Of a stretch of 64,000 nt of DNA, positions 58,923 to 64,000 are shown piece after piece. How positions within the stretch are numbered: the first letter of the stretch is position 1; the number at the start of each line of letters is the position of its first letter. The DNA comes from Desulfobacterales bacterium (GTDB lineage Bacteria > Desulfobacterota > Desulfobacteria > Desulfobacterales > UBA5852). The stretch is taken from positions 96,001-160,000 of the forward strand of contig CAXXVS010000001.1 of assembly GCA_963674755.2 (NCBI GenBank), in the 5' to 3' direction. The translations under genes were made by a program, and so were the position numbers. Below the pieces are notes generated by a model, which saw only the letters and a program-made list of their open reading frames with translations, did not search any database and was not told where the DNA came from.

Positions 58923-59897
58923 ATGTCAAACGATTCGATATACGACCTGGCCATCGTGGGCGGAGGCCCCGGCGGCTTATCCGCCGGCATTTACGCCATG
59001 CGCGCCGCCCTCAAAACCGTTCTCATCGAGAAAGGCGCGGCCGGCGGGCAGGTCAACATGTCCGACGAAGTGGAGAATTACCCCGGATTCGTTCATACCA
59101 GCGGGGCCGAGCTTTCCATGAAATTTGTTCAACATGTCGAATCCTATGATATGGAAATGCGCAGCCAGGAAGTGACCGAAATCGAGCCCGGACTGGATTG
59201 GCACCGGATCCGGCTGGATGACGGGCAGGTCCTGAACACCCATGCCGTGATCATGGCCACCGGCGGCAGTCCCCGCAAGCTGGGCATCCCCGGCGAAGAT
59301 GCCCATTACGGCCGGGGGGTTTCCTATTGTGCCGTGTGTGACGGGTTCTTTTTCCGGGACAAGACCGTCGTCGTGGTGGGCGGCGGCGACACGGCCGCGG
59401 AAGAGGCCCTTTATCTGGCCAAGCTGGCCAAGAAGGTCTACCTGGCCCATCGCCGGGACGAGTTGCGGGCCAGCAAGATCCTGCAAAAACGCGTGTTGAA
59501 TGACTGCAAGATCGAGGTGTTGTGGAACACGGTCCTGACGGCGATCAACGCCGACGAAAGCGGCGTGACGGCCGTGGGACTCAAGGACACCCAAACCGCC
59601 GAAGAACGCCCGCTGGATGTGGACGGGGTCTTCATCTTCATTGGATTTGTGCCCAACAATCATATCGTGCCGGCCGGCATCAAGCTGAATGCCGAGGGCT
59701 ACGTGGTGACCGACGACAGGTGCGAGACGGCCATCAGGGGCATTTTCGCCATCGGCGACTTGCGGGAGAAAGCCTTTCGCCAGATCGTGATTTCGGCTGC
59801 GGATGGATCGGTGGCTGCGCTGGCTTCGGCCCATTACGTGGAAATGCGCAAAGAAAGCCCCGAAACGTGTGAAATGCCGGCCGATCTCTTGACCTGA
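58923..59897 (+). CDS. trxB: Thioredoxin-disulfide reductase
   Basis: GGGPGG, VENYPG, SYCAVCDG, GGGDTA, HRRD, FAIGD. Confidence 0.96.
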   Translation: MSNDSIYDLAIVGGGPGGLSAGIYAMRAALKTVLIEKGAAGGQVNMSDEVENYPGFVHTSGAELSMKFVQHVESYDMEMRSQEVTEIEPGLDWHRIRLDDGQVLNTHAVIMATGGSPRKLGIPGEDAHYGRGVSYCAVCDGFFFRDKTVVVVGGGDTAAEEALYLAKLAKKVYLAHRRDELRASKILQKRVLNDCKIEVLWNTVLTAINADESGVTAVGLKDTQTAEERPLDVDGVFIFIGFVPNNHIVPAGIKLNAEGYVVTDDRCETAIRGIFAIGDLREKAFRQIVISAADGSVAALASAHYVEMRKESPETCEMPADLLT

Positions 59898-59974
59898 CTC
59901 CCTCCCGGCGCGATCCCCCGGTCGTGGATCGCCCGGTCCTGGCCTGAATCGCCCGGGTCCTGAAAGGTACGGCC

Positions 59975-61063
59975 ATGAAAACGGGCCAATGGCTGGCCAT
60001 GGGGCTTCTGCTGGTGGGGCTGCCCCCGGTGGGGGTGCTCCTGGCCGGGGACTCCCTGGCACCCTATTTCGAATTCCCGCCGCGGTCGCCATTCATTGCC
60101 CACGCCCCCTTTTCCTGGGGGGCTTTCGGCCTGATCGGACTGCTGGTGGCGGCCAGTGCGGCGCCCCTGGTCACGGCCTTCATGTCATCGCGACCCCGGA
60201 TGGCGCCGCCGTCTCACCGTTTTCCCTGGTGGGGATGGGTGGGCGTCTTTGGCGGCCTCACGGCCTGGATCCTGGCCTGGACCCGTTTCACCTGGTTCGC
60301 CGGCCTCCAGCCCCACACGTTCCCCTTGCTCTGGGGTGCCTTCATTCTGGTGATCAACGGTCTTACCCGGCGCCGCACAGGGTCCTGTCTCCTGATCGCC
60401 CGTCCCGGCGCGTTTGCCGGGCTTTTTCCAGCCAGCGCCATCTTCTGGTGGCTGTTCGAGTACCTCAACCGCTTTGTGCAAAACTGGCATTACAGCGGCG
60501 CCGACTACCCGCCGGGTACCTATTTCATCCTGGCCACCCTCTCCTTTGCCACGGTGCTGCCGGCGGTGCTGTCGACCCGGGACTGGCTGCTGTCGTTTCC
60601 GGCCGTGCACGACGTTCTGCGCGGCCGGCGGCTGCCGGCTGTTTGCGTTTCCCGGGGGGCGGCCCGCGCCGCCCTGGCGGCGGCCGGCCTGGGCCTGGTG
60701 TTGACGGGGGCCGCACCGAACTATGGCTTTCCCTTTTTGTGGCTGGCCCCTCTGGTGATCATGCTGGCGCTGCAGGTGCAGACCGGTCGCTGTCCTCTCC
60801 TGAAAGACGCCTGCCGGGGGCGCTGGGAACGGATCGCGGCGGCGGCCCTGGCCGGACTGGTATGCGGATTTTTCTGGGAGATGTGGAATTTCGGCAGCCT
60901 GGCCCATTGGTCCTACAGCGTGCCTTTCGTGAACCGCTTTCACCTTTTCGCCATGCCCCTGCTGGGGTATGCGGGCTACCTGCCGTTCGGCCTGGAGTGC
61001 GCCCTGATCGGGGATGCCATCCTGTCCACGGGACGCAGCAAAGATGCTGCCCTTGATGGATAG
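59975..61063 (+). CDS. Polytopic membrane protein of unknown function with an internal repeat
   Basis: Many hydrophobic helices; repeated motif WLFEYLN..VQNWHY and FWEMWN..LAHWSY. Confidence 0.8.
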   Translation: MKTGQWLAMGLLLVGLPPVGVLLAGDSLAPYFEFPPRSPFIAHAPFSWGAFGLIGLLVAASAAPLVTAFMSSRPRMAPPSHRFPWWGWVGVFGGLTAWILAWTRFTWFAGLQPHTFPLLWGAFILVINGLTRRRTGSCLLIARPGAFAGLFPASAIFWWLFEYLNRFVQNWHYSGADYPPGTYFILATLSFATVLPAVLSTRDWLLSFPAVHDVLRGRRLPAVCVSRGAARAALAAAGLGLVLTGAAPNYGFPFLWLAPLVIMLALQVQTGRCPLLKDACRGRWERIAAAALAGLVCGFFWEMWNFGSLAHWSYSVPFVNRFHLFAMPLLGYAGYLPFGLECALIGDAILSTGRSKDAALDG

Positions 61064-61114
61064 TAAGCTTTGGATCACCTTCCTGCCGGTTACCCCAATA
61101 TCTTGATGCCCATG

Positions 61115-61143
61115 TTGACAAGATACCCCATATCGTGTAGTCA
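61115..61143 (+). promoter_or_regulatory. Putative promoter in front of an unassigned 450-nt stretch
   Basis: TTGACA-N17-TAGTCA. Confidence 0.45.
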
Positions 61144-61598
61144 GCAGCCCAATAGTACCTCTTTGAACCACCTTTCCATTGCACTTCACCGAGGATTGGC
61201 ATTGTATATGGATGATTTTGACGACGGCATTGGGTTTTTTTCCGAGGACGTCCGGGGCATCGCAGGATCGTTGTGGCAGGTACCGGCCTTTACCTGCCGG
61301 CCCTTTTCCCATCCAGCCGACGCCGCCGCAACTTGCGCGGCAACCGCCTGCCGGTCCCCGCTTGTAAAGCCTGCCTCGCGTCTTATCTTCACCCCCTGGG
61401 TATTTGGGAAGTCCATGCGCACCGTTATGCCGGCATGACGATGCACCAATGGACGGGTTCTGACCTTTGACCCGACCCAGGTGACCTTCAAACGGTTCCG
61501 CAATTGCAGCTGCTCCGGCCCGGTGAAAAATTGAAGCGGATGGCGGGGATTAAAATGGGGCCTATGCCCGGCTCTAAAATCTTATCGGATGACTGACC

Positions 61599-61790
61599 AT
61601 GGCGTTTGAATCGATACCCGGCATCGAGGGCAAAGTCTTTGTCCCGGATAAGGATTCCGGGGAAGGCAAGCATCCCTGCCCGGATTGCTATGCCTGCCAA
61701 CATTGCAGCGACGATCGCTGCCGGCTGTGTCGTTCAGACCGTTCATCGCCGGCTCCCTGCCCCCAAGACCATTGCCGGACCGGCGGCTGA
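61599..61790 (+). CDS. Small cysteine-rich protein (63 aa)
   Basis: KHPCPDCYACQHCSDDRCRLC; 8 Cys in total. Confidence 0.65.
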   Translation: MAFESIPGIEGKVFVPDKDSGEGKHPCPDCYACQHCSDDRCRLCRSDRSSPAPCPQDHCRTGG

Positions 61791-61912
61791 TGCCGGGTTC
61801 TCCCCGTTGACAGTCCCGCCTGAAGCCCTATCTTTGGTCTGCTCGACATACGTCAAACTGGAAAACCCCATGCGGTGGGGTTGGATTCATAGGTGGTAAA
61901 GGAGGATCGAAG

Positions 61913-62110
61913 ATGAAACGTTCTACCTGCTATTTCGAACGCGTTTCCAATATTGGGGTAGGATCGGCGCTCTTGCTGATCGCACTGGGATTTGTGGTCA
62001 TTACCGTGACGATTCTGCCGCCTTTCGGCCTGCTGGTGGCCGTGCCCGTGATGGGGCTGGCAACCCTCTTTCTTTTCGCCCGGCGCAGCCGGGAGTGCCG
62101 CCTATCGTGA
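61913..62110 (+). CDS. Small 2-TM membrane protein (65 aa)
   Basis: AAGGAGG RBS, helical hairpin, terminator downstream. Confidence 0.75.
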   Translation: MKRSTCYFERVSNIGVGSALLLIALGFVVITVTILPPFGLLVAVPVMGLATLFLFARRSRECRLS

Positions 62111-62136
62111 ACCGATGGGCATACATTAAACCACAC

Positions 62137-62175
62137 AACAAACACCCGGGTCTCTATGCCCGGGTGTTTGTTTTT
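62137..62175. terminator. Terminator between convergent genes (possibly bidirectional)
   Basis: AACAAACACCCGGG/CCCGGGTGTTTGTT stem with T tract. Confidence 0.8.
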
Positions 62176-62188
62176 GGAAAGCGCTAAA

Positions 62189-63127
62189 TCAGCGGTTGGC
62201 CATCCGGTCCCAGAATGCCTTGCCGCTGTCCAGGGAGGTTGAAGACGGCTTTCCCGACCCCGGGGGCGGCGGTGGTGCGTTGGACGGCGTCGTACCCCGC
62301 AGGCGGGCGATGCGCTCCTCGATGGGCGGATGGGTGGAGAAGAGGCTCCGGAAACTGCGCCCGGACAGCGGGTTGACGATGAACATGTGGGCCGTGGACG
62401 GGTTGGCCTGCATGGGGAGCTGCTTGCTGTAACCCCCCAGCTTTTCAAGAGCCGCCGCCAGACCGTCCGGCCGTCCGGCGATGGCCGCTCCGGTGGCGTC
62501 GGCCTGGTATTCGCGGGAGCGCGAAACCGCCATCTGGATGATCATGGCCCCGATGGGCGCCAGCAGGGACATCACGATCAGGCCGATGCCGCCCAGACCG
62601 CCCTCGTCGTCGCCGCGGCCGCCGCCGAAAATGGCGGACCAGCGGGCCATGGTGGCCAGCATCATCACGGCGCCGGCCATGGTGGCGGCGACGGTGCCGA
62701 TGAGGATGTCGCGATTCTTGACGTGGCCCAGTTCATGGGCCAGAACACCCTCGATTTCGGCCGGCGCCATCAGGCGCAGGAGGCCTTCGGTGACCGCCAC
62801 CACGGCGTGGTCCGGGTTGCGTCCCGTGGCAAAGGCATTGGGCGCCTCCTGGGGGATGATGTAAACCCGGGGCATGGGCAAACCGGCATTGCGGCTGAGA
62901 CGCTGCACCGTGGCGACCAATTCCGGTGCCTGGGAGGCATCGACTTCCCGGGCGCGGTACATGCGCAAGACCATGCGATCCGAAAACCAGTAGCTGAAAA
63001 AGTTCATGGCGCCGGCCAGCAGAAAGGCCAGAATCATGCCCTGCTGGCCACCCAGCAGGCGGCCGATGAAGATGATGAACACCGTCATGGCGGTCAGCAG
63101 CAGGGCGGTTTTAAATTGATTTCCCAT
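62189..63127 (-). CDS. htpX: Zinc metalloprotease HtpX
   Basis: [33 protein letters not shown]. Confidence 0.95.
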   Translation of the reverse strand: MGNQFKTALLLTAMTVFIIFIGRLLGGQQGMILAFLLAGAMNFFSYWFSDRMVLRMYRAREVDASQAPELVATVQRLSRNAGLPMPRVYIIPQEAPNAFATGRNPDHAVVAVTEGLLRLMAPAEIEGVLAHELGHVKNRDILIGTVAATMAGAVMMLATMARWSAIFGGGRGDDEGGLGGIGLIVMSLLAPIGAMIIQMAVSRSREYQADATGAAIAGRPDGLAAALEKLGGYSKQLPMQANPSTAHMFIVNPLSGRSFRSLFSTHPPIEERIARLRGTTPSNAPPPPPGSGKPSSTSLDSGKAFWDRMANR

Positions 63128-63352
63128 GGTTACGATTCCTCCGTTGCCCTCAGTTTGACAGAGGGGCTGATGTCATTTTGAGCTATAAAATAGGAATTGC
63201 CTTTGTGAAAGGCAAGTTCAGGCGGCGCAGCGCGGCAAATGCTTGCCAAGATGCGGCCGCTCTGGTAGTTAGCGGCGATTGGAACCGGTGGGCGCGCTGC
63301 CGTGAGAGAATCCCGGTCCCTAACACCATGCGACGAGGAGAACACGAGGACC

Positions 63353-64000
63353 ATGGCTGACGAGAACCACAACGATAGCCCGGAAGATCGCCCGGAAGAC
63401 GAACCTAGTTTTGCCGAACTTTTGGAGAGCTACGGGGGCCGTTCCGAGGATGCCCTGCAGGTGGGCGACAAGGTGTCGGTGCGCGTGATCGCCATCGGCA
63501 AGGACGCGGTTTTCGTGGATACGGGAACCAAGATCGACGGTTCGGTGGAACGGGCCGAGCTGCTGGACAAGGACGGCAACCTGACCTGCGCGGTGGGGGA
63601 CACCCTGGATCTCTTCGTGGTGGCCCGGGAGGAGGGCGAAATCCGGCTATCCCGTGCCCTGAGCGGAGACGGCGGCCTGCAGATGCTGCAAGAGGCCCAT
63701 CACAGCCAGATTCCGGTGGAAGGCAAGGTGCAGGCCACCTGCAAGGGCGGCTTCGACGTGCGCCTGCTCCAGAAGCGGGCCTTTTGCCCCATCAGCCAGA
63801 TCGATATCCACTACGTGCAAACCCCCGAGGACTACGTGGGGCAGACCCTGTCCTTTCTGGTCACCCAGTTCGAGGCCCGCGGCCGCAACATCGTGGTTTC
63901 CCGGCGGCGCCTGCTGGAAAAGGAACGTGAAGCCAACCGGGAGGCCTTCATGGCCGATATGAAACCAGATGCGCTCTACGACGGCCGGGTGATGCGGGTG
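63353..64000 (+). CDS. Ribosomal protein S1-like multi-S1-domain protein (3' end beyond the window)
   Basis: Manual translation from ATG 63353 (GAGGA RBS): SFAELLESY, VGD.V..RVIAI, KGGFDV, RAFCPISQID, NIVVSRR. Confidence 0.88.
   Translation, partial: MADENHNDSPEDRPEDEPSFAELLESYGGRSEDALQVGDKVSVRVIAIGKDAVFVDTGTKIDGSVERAELLDKDGNLTCAVGDTLDLFVVAREEGEIRLSRALSGDGGLQMLQEAHHSQIPVEGKVQATCKGGFDVRLLQKRAFCPISQIDIHYVQTPEDYVGQTLSFLVTQFEARGRNIVVSRRRLLEKEREANREAFMADMKPDALYDGRVMRV

Noticed and set aside
59989..61056. 355-aa same-strand overlapping ORF
   Set aside because: Low-complexity G/P/R/A product expected from very GC-rich sequence; the 59975 frame gives a coherent membrane protein.
1..64000. CRISPR array, IS elements, prophage, rRNA
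   Set aside because: No regularly spaced repeats, transposase/integrase/phage motifs or rRNA sequence recognised by eye; small degenerate elements could have been missed.

Overview
Chromosomal window from a GC-rich dissimilatory sulfate reducer; gene content and order point to Desulfobacterota, probably Desulfobacterales (inference). 1-7.1 kb: periplasmic Tat-exported [NiFe]-hydrogenase with maturation genes (protease, hypC, hypF, hypD). 7.6-9.2 kb: an acidic hypothetical protein, two tRNA-Ser genes, a small membrane protein and a PilZ gene. 9.5-18.8 kb: sulfate activation and APS reduction (sat converging on aprBA-qmoABC). 19.2-24.6 kb: three YkgJ/CxxCxxCC cysteine-cluster genes around an atypical SDR, then dGTPase, a stand-alone HsdR_N-like gene and a deaminase. 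24.9-43.3 kb: translation and RNA-metabolism core (infC with ATA start, rpmI, rplT, pheST, MerR, tRNA-Gly, rimP-nusA-infB-rbfA-truB-rpsO-pnp, M16 peptidase, dut, MBL hydrolase). 43.4-50.7 kb: best candidate for an undescribed system, a block (AT-richer over its first two genes) with a tandem-PilZ/GNAT-like protein and a V4R-sensor/2TM/GAF/HD-GYP phosphodiesterase converging on a B12 radical-SAM enzyme and an enolase-superfamily protein with an altered active site. 50.7-64 kb: metabolic genes, an MFS remnant, an orphan ParM/Mad28-like actin, small proteins, htpX and an S1-like gene. No integrase, transposase, CRISPR array or rRNA was seen. All family calls come from reading motifs by eye; no searches were run.
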